DNA of 32,000 bases, taken from Aeropyrum pernix K1 (lineage in GTDB: Archaea > Thermoproteota > Thermoprotei_A > Sulfolobales > Acidilobaceae). Below the pieces are notes generated by a model. That model saw only the letters and a list, made by a program, of their open reading frames with translations. It searched no databases and was not told where the DNA came from. A program made the translations under genes and the position numbers. Location of the stretch: positions 1 through 32,000 of the forward strand of contig NC_000854.2 in assembly GCF_000011125.1 (NCBI RefSeq). Reading direction: 5' to 3'. Below are positions 22,506 through 31,934 of this stretch, one piece after another; the stretch's first letter is position 1, and every line of letters begins with the position of its first letter.

Positions 22506-23912
22506 TTGGAGGCACCCAGATCCCTCGCTATAACCGCGGGCCTTCTAATAGTCGTGATCCTCATATCCCTCTTCTCGTACCTCTCCATAACTTCGAGGAT
22601 AGAATCTGTTGAGCAAAGTGTTAGCAGTGTTCAGGAGGATATTTCCGAGGTCAAGCAGAGAATCTCTGGTATAGAGCAGGAGATCAAAGGTATTAAAGAA
22701 GCGGCTGGGGGAGAGACTACAACACCAGTTACGGAAACCGAGGTTAAGACCGAGACTGTTGTAGTTGAGAAGGTTACACTCACCGTCATCGGGCCTTGGT
22801 CTGGAAAGGAGCAGGAGTACTTTATGACTGCGCTAGAGAAGTTCATGGAGGAGAACCCCAATGTTACAATAAAGTATGTCCCGATGAGGGCTGAAGAGGT
22901 TGCGAGGACCCTTTCAGTCCAGTTCGAGGCCGGTGTTACACCAGCCGACGTTGTAATAACCCCGTGGGCCTGGTGGATAGTTGAGATGGCGCAGAAGGGC
23001 CATGTGATAGAGGTAACCGGGCTCATCAATGAGGACGAGTATGTAGGCGGTATACTCGATAATGTCAAGTGGAATAACAAGCTGTGGGGCGTCCCCTTCA
23101 CGATGTGGTTGAAACCGGGGTTCTGGTATAAGAAGTCGTTCTTCGCCAAGCACGGCCTCTCTGAGCCAAACAGCTGGGAGGAGTTCCTCCAGCTCCTGGA
23201 TCAAATTAAGGGGATAGAAGGTATAAAGAACCCAATAGTTTCGGGCGACAGCGTTGGCTGGCCCCTAAGCGACGTTACAGAGCACTTTATAATAGCATTC
23301 GGCGGTCCGGAGCTGCAGTACAAGCTGATAACAGGGGAGGTTTCGTTCACAGACCCACAGGTCGTTGAGATCTTTGAAAAGCTGGCTATGCTGATAGAGC
23401 AGGGTTACTTCAGCGAGCCGATAGAGTGGACCAGTGCCGTGGAGAAGTGGTGGGCCGAGGAGTACGCCCTCTACTTCATGGGAACATGGATAACAGGTAT
23501 GGTTGAAGACCCGAACGACCTCGCATTCTTCCCACTCCCGGGTGCTAGGGGCGTCGTCGGAGGCACAGACTACGCTTTCATACCAAAGTATACGGAGAAC
23601 CTAGAGGCCGCTAAGCTGCTGCTACAATACTTAGCCACTGAAGGGCAGGCGGTACACGTCTCGACCCCTGCTGGAAAGGTCCCGACCTGGCTTGGAGTGA
23701 GCGTGGACCAGCTGTGGCCGCCGATGCAGGGCGTTTTCGCCAAGATAAAGGAGCTTAACATGACGATAGTTCCGGATCTAGACGACACCGTGGGTGGGAA
23801 CTGGCAGGTGCTCTTCTGGGACCAGCTAAAGCTCCTGTGGGTCCAGCCCGACAGGCTCAGCGAGGTCCTGGAAACCCTCGCGAGTCAGCACCCTGCTAGT
23901 GCTGGAGGCTAG
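22506..23912 (+). CDS. ABC transporter sugar-binding protein (family 1 / CUT1), membrane-anchored with a coiled-coil stalk and a Thr/Glu-rich linker
   Basis: The N-terminal TM is LAITAGLLIVVILISLFSYL, followed by a heptad segment, an ETTTPVTETEVKTETVVVEK linker and then an SBP fold of about 375 aa rich in W/F/Y. It sits directly upstream of two permeases and an ATPase. The start is TTG, with the TATA-like ttttatatatat about 17-28 nt upstream. Confidence 0.85.
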   Translation: MEAPRSLAITAGLLIVVILISLFSYLSITSRIESVEQSVSSVQEDISEVKQRISGIEQEIKGIKEAAGGETTTPVTETEVKTETVVVEKVTLTVIGPWSGKEQEYFMTALEKFMEENPNVTIKYVPMRAEEVARTLSVQFEAGVTPADVVITPWAWWIVEMAQKGHVIEVTGLINEDEYVGGILDNVKWNNKLWGVPFTMWLKPGFWYKKSFFAKHGLSEPNSWEEFLQLLDQIKGIEGIKNPIVSGDSVGWPLSDVTEHFIIAFGGPELQYKLITGEVSFTDPQVVEIFEKLAMLIEQGYFSEPIEWTSAVEKWWAEEYALYFMGTWITGMVEDPNDLAFFPLPGARGVVGGTDYAFIPKYTENLEAAKLLLQYLATEGQAVHVSTPAGKVPTWLGVSVDQLWPPMQGVFAKIKELNMTIVPDLDDTVGGNWQVLFWDQLKLLWVQPDRLSEVLETLASQHPASAGG

Positions 23913-23926
23913 ATAGGTGTAGCTGC

Positions 23927-24823
23927 TTGGCAGGCCCTCCCAGAGGCTATTTTAAAGCCCTCGTTTTTCTCCTTCCCGCATTCACATTCATAACTATATT
24001 CGTCATCGCACCCTCAATCGCCACAGTGTATCTAAGCCTCAACGTCGACGGCCATATAAACCTGGAGAAGTATGCGGAGGTGGTTAGCGAGAGGTCTCCG
24101 GACAAGGCCCTCATTATGATAACCAGCAGGCCTGAATCGCCTCCCTGGGGAGCACTTATCCACAATATAATCTGGATGGCCCTACACATACCCCTAGTAA
24201 CTTTCCTTGGCCTATTCCTAGCATACCTTCTCAAATACACCTTCGGGTCTTCCATAGTCAAAACGATAGTTTTCATAGGCATGGTAATCCCCATGGTTGT
24301 AGGAGGCTTGATTGTAAGGTTCATGTTCGACGAGTATGTTGGAGTGGTTCCTCTAGTCTTTAAAGCCTTAGGAGTCGATTTTCTAGCTAAAACATGGACG
24401 AACTACCCCCAGCTATCGCTGCTCTCCCTGATACTCGGCTCTGTCTGGCTATGGACTGGCTTCAGCCTTACAGTATACTCCGCAGCCCTAGGCTCCATAC
24501 CCTCCAGCTTTATAGAGGCTGCGAGGATAGACGGCGCTGGCCACTGGCATATCTTCTGGAAGATAGTGTTCCCGCTTGTAAGGCCCGCCACCATCATAGT
24601 CGTAGTTATGACTATGCTGTGGGACTTGAAGATATTCGACATAGTGTACGTTGCTACATTAGGCGGTCCTGGAGGCTCGTCAAACGTTCTAGCGCTTGTC
24701 ATGTACCAGTATATGGCTAGAGCTCTTGACTATCAAGCTGCATCTGCAGTGGCGGTTATACTTACGCTACTAACACTCCCGCCCGGATTATGGCTGGCCT
24801 TGCGTCTCAGAAGAGGGGGTTGA
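23927..24823 (+). CDS. ABC sugar transporter permease (MalF/UgpA-like)
   Basis: The EAA loop is IEAARIDGAGHWHIFWKIVFPLVRP. The protein has six hydrophobic segments and 298 aa. Confidence 0.9.
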   Translation: MAGPPRGYFKALVFLLPAFTFITIFVIAPSIATVYLSLNVDGHINLEKYAEVVSERSPDKALIMITSRPESPPWGALIHNIIWMALHIPLVTFLGLFLAYLLKYTFGSSIVKTIVFIGMVIPMVVGGLIVRFMFDEYVGVVPLVFKALGVDFLAKTWTNYPQLSLLSLILGSVWLWTGFSLTVYSAALGSIPSSFIEAARIDGAGHWHIFWKIVFPLVRPATIIVVVMTMLWDLKIFDIVYVATLGGPGGSSNVLALVMYQYMARALDYQAASAVAVILTLLTLPPGLWLALRLRRGG

Positions 24824-24837
24824 TAGGGGTGGCCGAG

Positions 24838-25698
24838 ATGCTCGCCAGTAGGAGGTTGAGGCAGGTTCTCAGGGTTGACGTTGTTTTGATTAACCTGCTA
24901 GCATGGGGTTTCGCCCTGGTATGGCTGCTGCCGTTCATAGGGTTGTTTATGGTGTCTGTGAGGCCTTACGGAGAGGTTATCGTGAAGGGGTGGTGGAACA
25001 TCGTTGATGCAACGTTCACCATGGACAACTATATTAAGGCATGGTCCTACGATCCCTACTCGGTCTCAGGGGGTTATATAAACTCTCTGATAGTAGCTTT
25101 GCCCGCGACAGTAATTCCGGTAGCAGCGGCTTCCTTTGCAGCATACGGATTCTCCCGGTTCTCCTTCCCCTTGAAAAGCTACCTCTTCCTGGTTACGATA
25201 CTGTTGATGGCCCTTCCTCAGCAGATTGTGGTGGTGCCTCTATTCCTCCTGCTCAAAAACCTGGGGCTTATCAACACGTTCCCGGGAATAATACTGGTTC
25301 ACAGTGCGTGGGGGATGGCGTGGATAATATTCTTCATGAAGAACTTCTTCGACATCCTACCTCGAGAGGTCGAAGAGGCGGCGAGAGTAGATGGGGCCTC
25401 GGACTTTAGGATATTCTACAAGATAGTGCTGCCGATGAGCCTTCCGGGAATCCTGTCAGCGTCTGTGCTCCAGTTCACATGGGTATGGAGCAGCTTCTTC
25501 TTCGAGCTTATATTCCTGATAGACCCGAGTAAGTGGGTCATAACTCAGAGGATAGCTAACATGAAGGGAACATACCTAGTGGACTGGGGTTTGATTGCGG
25601 CTGGGTCTGTGTTCGCGATGGCTGTACCGCTGGCTGTATACATGCTTCTCCAGAGATACTATATACGTGGGTTTGTCGGCTGGGCTGCGAAGGGGTGA
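24838..25698 (+). CDS. ABC sugar transporter permease (MalG/UgpE-like)
   Basis: The EAA loop is VEEAARVDGASDFRIFYKIVLPMSLPG. The track ORF starts at 24790, inside the upstream gene. GTG at 24829 or ATG at 24838 follow the upstream TGA (24821-24823) and are more likely. Confidence 0.9.
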   Translation: MLASRRLRQVLRVDVVLINLLAWGFALVWLLPFIGLFMVSVRPYGEVIVKGWWNIVDATFTMDNYIKAWSYDPYSVSGGYINSLIVALPATVIPVAAASFAAYGFSRFSFPLKSYLFLVTILLMALPQQIVVVPLFLLLKNLGLINTFPGIILVHSAWGMAWIIFFMKNFFDILPREVEEAARVDGASDFRIFYKIVLPMSLPGILSASVLQFTWVWSSFFFELIFLIDPSKWVITQRIANMKGTYLVDWGLIAAGSVFAMAVPLAVYMLLQRYYIRGFVGWAAKG

Positions 25699-25705
25699 TG
25701 CCTGG

Positions 25706-26812
25706 ATGGCTGAGATTAGGCTGGAGGGCGTTGTTAAAAGGTTTGGCAAGGTAGTCGCCGTGGACCATGTAGACCTTAGCATTAAGGACGGAGAGTTCTT
25801 CGTCCTCCTAGGCCCAAGCGGCTGCGGGAAGACAACGACGCTCCGACTCATAGCCGGTCTTGAATACCCAGACGAGGGAAGGATACTGATAGACGGGGAG
25901 GACGTCACGTTCAAGGACCCCAAGGACAGGAATGTGGCTATGGTTTTCCAGAACTATGCCCTCTACCCTCACATGAGTGTGTTCGACAACATAGCATTCA
26001 CCCTCCACCTTAGGAGGAAGGAGATGGGGCTAACTAAGGACGACATCAGAAGGCGGGTCATAGAGGTTGCGAAGCTCCTTAGAATAGAGGACCTGCTTGA
26101 CCGCAAGCCCGGCCAGCTGAGCGGGGGGCAGCAGCAGAGGGTTGCACTGGCGAGGGCCCTCGTGAGAAGGCCGAAAGTTTGGCTTATGGATGAGCCGCTC
26201 AGCAACCTAGACGCACTCCTCAGACTGGCTATGAGGGCAGAGCTGAAGAAGCTTCAGAAGGACCTTAAGATTACAACGGTTTATGTCACCCACGATCAGG
26301 CAGAGGCTATGAGCATGGCAGACAGGATTGCCGTTATGAATAAGGGGAGAGTAGTTCAGGTTGGCACGCCTGAGGAGGTTTACATGAGGCCGAAACACAC
26401 GTTCGTCGCAACCTTCATAGGGGCACCGCCGATGAACCTCGTGGAATGTGACGTTGAGTCTGTGGGCGAGGACCTCTGGATATCTTGCCCAGGCTTTTCC
26501 AGGAGGGTGCCTGAGGAGGCGAGGAGTGTTATTGAATCCAAGGGTGTCAGGAAGATATATCTGGGCATAAGGCCCGAGTTCATATCAGTATCCAGACGTG
26601 AAACAGAGGGCTCCATAGCTGGTAAGGTGTACGTTGTGGAGCCCCTCGGCTCTGAGTATGTGGTCAACGTTGACATAGGGGACGGCATAATAATCAAGGC
26701 TAAGGTACTGGGCCTAAGGGAGAAGATGACTCCTGGGGATAAAGTCTACCTGAAGCTTGATTGGAGCAAAGTCAAGATATTTGACTACCGAACAGGCGAG
26801 GCTCTGGCGTAA
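25706..26812 (+). CDS. ABC sugar transporter ATPase (MalK/UgpC-like, with a C-terminal regulatory/TOBE-like domain)
   Basis: Walker A is GPSGCGKTT, the signature is LSGGQQQRVALARAL and Walker B is VWLMDEPLS. I chose the ATG at 25706 (MAEIRLEGVVKRFG), 8 nt after the upstream stop. The track ORF (25595) carries a 37-aa extension overlapping the permease. Confidence 0.9.
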   Translation: MAEIRLEGVVKRFGKVVAVDHVDLSIKDGEFFVLLGPSGCGKTTTLRLIAGLEYPDEGRILIDGEDVTFKDPKDRNVAMVFQNYALYPHMSVFDNIAFTLHLRRKEMGLTKDDIRRRVIEVAKLLRIEDLLDRKPGQLSGGQQQRVALARALVRRPKVWLMDEPLSNLDALLRLAMRAELKKLQKDLKITTVYVTHDQAEAMSMADRIAVMNKGRVVQVGTPEEVYMRPKHTFVATFIGAPPMNLVECDVESVGEDLWISCPGFSRRVPEEARSVIESKGVRKIYLGIRPEFISVSRRETEGSIAGKVYVVEPLGSEYVVNVDIGDGIIIKAKVLGLREKMTPGDKVYLKLDWSKVKIFDYRTGEALA

Positions 26813-26993
26813 CAATCGATGTACTGGCCTGGATGCTCTAGCCTGGTTGCTTGCCAGAGGATGGGTTCTTACACACATTATAGGGTTCAAGACATCTTAG
26901 ATATATAGTTCTATATAGTAGCATGGGCTATCTATTCACTATTGGTGAGAAGAATATAGCCACAATAAATAACTGGATACAACCGGGCGACAC

Positions 26994-28115
26994 GTGTTGG
27001 ATAAGAAGCTTGTTCTAACCGTGCTGGCTGTTGTTGTGCTTCTCGGTATAGGGCTTGCCCTGGCATCTGGCTGGTTAGGCGGTGAACAGGGAGAGAGCAG
27101 CGGAGGGTCAGGCCCCGCCCAAGTAGTCCTCCAGGGTGAGGGATCAACATTCATATATCCACAGATCCAAGCATGGAGCGAGGAGATAAAGAAGACTTAC
27201 CCCTGGATAACCATTAATTACAACCCAACAGGCAGCGGTGCAGGCCAAAGCGCTTTCAAAGATGGCGTTGTAGACTTCGCCGGTAGCGACACTCCTCTGC
27301 CCAGAGAAGTCTGGTCCGCCATGCAGGGTAATGTCATACAGATTCCCGTAGTCATAGGAATGCTAGCAATAGTGTACAACATACCAGGACTGGAGGACCT
27401 CAAGCTAGACGCCAAGACTATAGCCTTGATATACAAGGGAGAGATAGAGTACTGGGACGATCCTAGGATAGCCTCGCTAAACCCGGGAGCCAGCCTGCCC
27501 CATGAGAAGATAGTTGCTGTCCATAGGAGCGACTCGAGCGGCACAACCCACGTATTCACCATATTCCTCCATAAGGGAGCCCCCGATGTTTGGACGGAGG
27601 ACCTCGTGGGTAAGTCTGTTGACTGGCCGGTTGACGCCACGGGCCGAGGTGTAGGAGGCAAGGGCAACCAGGGTGTTATGGAAGTCGTCAAGAATACTCC
27701 ATACAGTATTGGATATGTGGAGTATGCTTACGTGGTCAAAGCGGGAGAAGGGGTTAACGTGGCTTTAGTTGCCAACCGGGATGATGTCTTCCTGAAGCCT
27801 TCGCCCGAAGGAGCTCAGGCAGCCGCATCTGGCGCCGTCCAAAACCTGCCGGACTCTCCAGACGACGACTGGAGCACAGGCTACGACGCGATAATATATG
27901 CTCCTGGTAAGGACAGCTACCCAATAACCTCCTGGTCATTCCTCCTATTCTATAAGCAGTACAACGATAGGGATAAAGCGGAAGCCATAAAGAAGTTTAT
28001 CGAATGGATTAACACAGAAGGCCAAACTAAGATCATCGAGGGCTATATACCTATTCCCGACGAGATAAGGCAGATCAACATGAAAGCCGTGGAGATGATC
28101 TCGTACACGGGCTGA
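26994..28115 (+). CDS. pstS: Phosphate ABC transporter substrate-binding protein
   Basis: The segments GEGSTFIYPQIQAW and INYNPTGSGAGQSAF match the PstS motif region, and the protein has an N-terminal TM anchor. It is followed by pstC, pstA, pstB and phoU. The start is GTG or TTG at 26994/26997. Confidence 0.9.
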   Translation: MLDKKLVLTVLAVVVLLGIGLALASGWLGGEQGESSGGSGPAQVVLQGEGSTFIYPQIQAWSEEIKKTYPWITINYNPTGSGAGQSAFKDGVVDFAGSDTPLPREVWSAMQGNVIQIPVVIGMLAIVYNIPGLEDLKLDAKTIALIYKGEIEYWDDPRIASLNPGASLPHEKIVAVHRSDSSGTTHVFTIFLHKGAPDVWTEDLVGKSVDWPVDATGRGVGGKGNQGVMEVVKNTPYSIGYVEYAYVVKAGEGVNVALVANRDDVFLKPSPEGAQAAASGAVQNLPDSPDDDWSTGYDAIIYAPGKDSYPITSWSFLLFYKQYNDRDKAEAIKKFIEWINTEGQTKIIEGYIPIPDEIRQINMKAVEMISYTG

Positions 28116-28127
28116 TGGTGCCCGGCC

Positions 28128-29060
28128 TTGGCCAGCATCTTATACCGTGACCGACCCTTCTTTACAATACTCTTCACGGCCTCAGTCATATCCGCATCCA
28201 TACTTGTAATACTCTTCGTAGTTCTCTTATACTACTCCATACCAGCGTTCCAGAAATATGGGTTAAACCTCTTCCTCAACTCTGCTTGGAAATCTCTAGA
28301 AACCAGGCCAGGCGATTACGGCCTACTAGTGCCCATAGCGGGGACCCTTGTTTCCGCAATGCTAGCCGTCGTCCTAGGTCTGCCAGCCTCTCTCTCAGCC
28401 GTAATATTCGCGGAGGAGGTCATCCCGCCTACCATGTACAGGGTTAGGGAGGCGTTCAACACTATAGTGGATATGATGACCGGACTACCGACTATAGTTT
28501 ACGGGCTATGGGGAGTCACCTTCCTTGCCCCCGCCTTAAAGGGGACCCTTCTCGAGTGGCTGTACACTTACCTCTCCTTCATCCCCCTATTCTCATGTAA
28601 GCCACTGACGGGAACCACAATACTGACCGCTAGCCTCCTACTAGCCCTCATGATAGTCCCCTTCATATATTCGGTGGTCCGAGAGTCTTACAGGCAGATA
28701 CCAAGGACTTACAGGGAGGCTGCCCTATCACTGGGAACAACGAAATACGAGTACACTAGGCTAATGCTGGGGATGGTCAGGCCAGCTATCCTGGCCGGAG
28801 TATTGATTGGCTTCGGGAGGGCCGCTGGAGAGACTGTCGCTGTAGCTCTTGTGGTCGGCAACACTTTCAATATGCCCACATGTCTCCTAGCACCATCATA
28901 CACTGTCTCCTCTCTAATAGCTAACCAGTTTGCAAACGCCTCTCTCTACCCCTACATGACTAACGTTCTGGTCGCAGGCGGACTGTTCCTCTTAGCCCTG
29001 GGGATAGTCACGAATATCCTCGGACTATCCTACCTCAGGAAGGTGAGGTTCTATGTTTGA
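28128..29060 (+). CDS. pstC: Phosphate ABC transporter permease PstC
   Basis: The protein is polytopic, with the EAA-type loop YREAALSLGTTKYEYTRLMLGMVRPAI. Its position in the operon supports the call. The start is TTG. Confidence 0.9.
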   Translation: MASILYRDRPFFTILFTASVISASILVILFVVLLYYSIPAFQKYGLNLFLNSAWKSLETRPGDYGLLVPIAGTLVSAMLAVVLGLPASLSAVIFAEEVIPPTMYRVREAFNTIVDMMTGLPTIVYGLWGVTFLAPALKGTLLEWLYTYLSFIPLFSCKPLTGTTILTASLLLALMIVPFIYSVVRESYRQIPRTYREAALSLGTTKYEYTRLMLGMVRPAILAGVLIGFGRAAGETVAVALVVGNTFNMPTCLLAPSYTVSSLIANQFANASLYPYMTNVLVAGGLFLLALGIVTNILGLSYLRKVRFYV

Positions 29061-29907
29061 GGGTAGGCGTCTAAAGGAAAAGGCATTCATACTTTTAGTG
29101 ACATTAATAACACTCGTCACGGTAGCCCCACTCTTCCACATAATAGCTATGGTTACTCTCAAAGGCTCCTACGTTATAGTAAAGGCTGGTATAGAGTTCT
29201 TCACAGCAACGCCAGGCCCACCAGGCTCAGAGATCCTAGGCGGTGTTGGGCCTGCAATACTAGGGAGTCTATGGCTTGCTATCACGACAGCCATCATCGG
29301 TGTTCCCCTATCCGTCCTCACTGCCATATTCATAGTGGAGTATAGGGAAAACCCTCTAGCAAAAATAGCAAAGGTTTTCTCAGGATCTCTTCTGGAAATA
29401 CCCACAGTACTCATAGGAATGCTAGTCTTCCTAGTAGTTGTAACTCCCATGGGCCACTACAGCCTCCTCGCAGGTAGTATAGCGCTCGCAATAGTCATGC
29501 TACCCTACACCGTGTCTTATGTGGAGAGGGCCCTAGAGAACGTCCCCAAGACCTACAGGGAGGCGGGCTACTCCCTAGGGATGACAAGGGCCCAGGTGGT
29601 AGCTAAGGTGGTTGTTGGCATAGCCAGGAGGGGTATAGCTGCTGGAGTGCTCATCGGCCTCTCGAAAGTAGTTGCTGAGACAGCCCCACTACTCTTCACC
29701 ATAGGTAGTGCGAGGAGCAACTATCCACTATACCCCTCCGACCTCCTCCAGCCTGGCGACGCTCTGCCGCTCCTCATCTTCCAGTTCGCCCAAACACCCT
29801 ATGAGAACTGGCAGGAGCTTGCCTGGGGCTCTGCGTTTATACTTACAGCGATAGTCCTAGCGACCTTCTCCGCAATGAGACTAATAGTAAAGGAGGTGAA
29901 GCTCTAG
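29053..29907 (+). CDS. pstA: Phosphate ABC transporter permease PstA
   Basis: The protein is polytopic, with the EAA-type loop YREAGYSLGMTRAQVVAKVVVGIARRGI. Its ATG overlaps the pstC stop by 8 nt (ATGTTTGA). Confidence 0.9.
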   Translation: MFEGRRLKEKAFILLVTLITLVTVAPLFHIIAMVTLKGSYVIVKAGIEFFTATPGPPGSEILGGVGPAILGSLWLAITTAIIGVPLSVLTAIFIVEYRENPLAKIAKVFSGSLLEIPTVLIGMLVFLVVVTPMGHYSLLAGSIALAIVMLPYTVSYVERALENVPKTYREAGYSLGMTRAQVVAKVVVGIARRGIAAGVLIGLSKVVAETAPLLFTIGSARSNYPLYPSDLLQPGDALPLLIFQFAQTPYENWQELAWGSAFILTAIVLATFSAMRLIVKEVKL

Positions 29908-30668
29908 TGAAGCTCATGGATGTGAGAGTTTCCGGTCTAAATGTGTGGATAACGGATAAGCATATTCTGAAAGGCATAAGCTTCAAAGCCCAACCCGGGA
30001 CGGTGACAGCTATAATGGGGCCGTCAGGCAGCGGGAAGAGCACACTCATCAGAGTAATAAACAGGCTAATCGACCTTATCCCTGGCGCCAGGGTAGAGGG
30101 GGAAGTTTGGATAAACAACATGAACGTCATGAAAGAAGACCCATACAACATAAGGAGGTATACTGGGATGGTGTTTCAGGAGCCAAATCCCTTCCCCCAC
30201 ATGACTATATACGAGAACGTCGCCATAGGCCCAAAGCTCCATGGATTGGCTAAGAATAAAAAGGAGTTGGACGAGATAGTGGAATGGGCTCTCAAGATGG
30301 CACATCTGTGGGACGAGGTCAAGGACAGGCTAAGCGACTACCCTCATCAGCTGAGCGGTGGGCAGAGGCAGAGGCTAAGCCTAGCACGCGCTCTAGCACT
30401 CAAACCTAGGGTTCTTCTGCTTGACGAGCCTACCGCCAACATAGATCCGGTGTCTACCGTCAAGATAGAACAGTCTATAGTAGAATACGCAAAGGAGGAG
30501 ATGGCAACGGTGATCATAGTAACTCACACTCCGCAGCAGGCGGCAAGGATATCTGACCAGATACTATTCCTCTACGAAGGCAGGGTGATAGAGTACGGGC
30601 CCACTAAAGAGCTAGTGCTCAGGCCTAGACACGAGCTAACCAAGAAGTTCCTCGGAGGTGAGGTCTAG
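29907..30668 (+). CDS. pstB: Phosphate ABC transporter ATP-binding protein PstB
   Basis: Walker A is GPSGSGKST, the signature is LSGGQRQRLSLARAL and Walker B is VLLLDEPT. The PstB-typical block VFQEPNPFPHMTIYENV is present. The GTG start shares 1 nt with the pstA TAG. Confidence 0.95.
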   Translation: MKLMDVRVSGLNVWITDKHILKGISFKAQPGTVTAIMGPSGSGKSTLIRVINRLIDLIPGARVEGEVWINNMNVMKEDPYNIRRYTGMVFQEPNPFPHMTIYENVAIGPKLHGLAKNKKELDEIVEWALKMAHLWDEVKDRLSDYPHQLSGGQRQRLSLARALALKPRVLLLDEPTANIDPVSTVKIEQSIVEYAKEEMATVIIVTHTPQQAARISDQILFLYEGRVIEYGPTKELVLRPRHELTKKFLGGEV

Positions 30669-31273
30669 TGAGTGTAGAGCCGGCGAGAAGGGACCTCGAA
30701 GCTATATATTCGAACCTCGACAGAATGTACAACATTGTTGTGAAGATAGTTGCAGACACGCTGAGGAGCCTAGAGGAGTGGAGCATTAATGAGGCGCTCG
30801 AGGACCACCTATACCTGGCAGAGAACCTCTCGGCCGTCGTTGAGGAGCAGGCTACATTCTTCATAGCAAAGTATCAGCCTCTAGGCCCCGAACTCCTCGA
30901 GGCCAAGTCGCTGATAAGAACCTCCTATGATCTCTACAGGATAGCGAGGTACTGCAGAGAGATAAATCGAGTTATAGCCTATACGAGCAGAGGAGGCAGG
31001 ACCCTGAAACCCTCTCAGCAGGTGAGAAAGGCAGCGGAGATAGTGGCCTCCATGGTTGGAGATGCATACAAGGCCTACAGATCCAGGGACAATGAGCTAC
31101 GAAGGAAAGTTGAAGAGACAGACAACATGATAGACAAGATATACGATGCGATGCTCGAGAGGATAGGGAAAGTAGAATCGCTGAGTCAGACCGAAGCGGT
31201 AGACCTCCTCATAGTAAGGCATCTAGAGAGGATTGCAGACCACGCAGTCTATATTGCCAGGCAAGCCGAATAG
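30668..31273 (+). CDS. phoU: Phosphate uptake regulator PhoU
   Basis: The protein is about 200 aa and all-helical, with the C-terminal PhoU motif VRHLERIADHAVYIARQ. It lies directly downstream of pstB. The GTG start shares 1 nt with the pstB TAG. Confidence 0.85.
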   Translation: MSVEPARRDLEAIYSNLDRMYNIVVKIVADTLRSLEEWSINEALEDHLYLAENLSAVVEEQATFFIAKYQPLGPELLEAKSLIRTSYDLYRIARYCREINRVIAYTSRGGRTLKPSQQVRKAAEIVASMVGDAYKAYRSRDNELRRKVEETDNMIDKIYDAMLERIGKVESLSQTEAVDLLIVRHLERIADHAVYIARQAE

Positions 31274-31406
31274 TCATGAGAGAACCTGTGATAAGAGTCC
31301 CCGAAGAATCGAGATGAGAGCAAAGGCCTCTAATTTTATACTAGAGCGTACAAAGAACGTCAGAGGTCCTCAAACATAACCCCGAACGATAAGAGGCTTC
31401 CATCGC

Positions 31407-31934
31407 CTATTGTTCAACAACAGCCTTCTCACTATCGTATGCGGCATGGCAACCTTTCAGAATAGCGTTAACAGTAACCACTGGCAACGACTCCTCGCCC
31501 GCCGGAGTCAGCAGAACGAGCTCCTCCCCCGGCCTGTACACACCATCTACCACAACTGTGTCCTCAAACACCGGACTCCCCCCGTACCGGGCTGTAAAAG
31601 AATCCAGCTCGTATAGTGCTGCGACCTTGTAGCCCTTCTCCCCCTCCATAACGAAGAAGGCATAGCTACTGCCTGAACCGTCCGTTGGCATGAGTATTCC
31701 ATAAGCACCACGAGCTTCGAGCGTGTAGGTCTTACCCCCGTAGATTACCGTGGCCGTGCCATACCCCAGGTATGCGACTCCAGCCTGAACGGTGACTCTC
31801 GAGGCCCTAGTCACCGACTGAAGAGTGGACACATCGCTGTACTCTGAAGTATATATAGCATACGCCCCAATCGCTATGAAAACTAGCGCTAGAACAGCAG
31901 CGATAGCTATGGTCCTCAGCAAGGCCGAAGGCAC
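31407..31934 (-). CDS. ccmE: CcmE-like membrane-anchored haem chaperone of the variant CxxxY type (cytochrome c maturation System I)
   Basis: The N-terminal TM is IAIAAVLALVFIAIGAYAIY. A beta-rich region follows, with the CcmE-like order of blocks (SRVTVQAGV.., YAFFVMEGEKGYKVAALYE, FEDTVVVDGVY). The C-terminal AILKGCHAAYDSE aligns with the LAKHDENY haem-binding HxxxY of E. coli CcmE, but with Cys in place of His. The start is GTG. Confidence 0.5.
   Translation of the reverse strand: MPSALLRTIAIAAVLALVFIAIGAYAIYTSEYSDVSTLQSVTRASRVTVQAGVAYLGYGTATVIYGGKTYTLEARGAYGILMPTDGSGSSYAFFVMEGEKGYKVAALYELDSFTARYGGSPVFEDTVVVDGVYRPGEELVLLTPAGEESLPVVTVNAILKGCHAAYDSEKAVVEQ

Noticed and set aside
17112-27691. 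Other long antisense ORFs: 17112-17591, 18889-19640, 19725-20045, 21668-22033, 22631-23204, 23947-24324, 25576-26697 and 27218-27691
   Set aside because: Each lies fully inside a CDS with diagnostic motifs on the other strand. None has motifs of its own.
28460-28469. The 10-mer cactatagtg inside pstC, identical to the core of the intergenic palindromes
   Set aside because: It is a coding-sequence occurrence (T-I-V codons) and not a plausible operator. I recorded it because it weakens the statistical case for the shared-operator idea.
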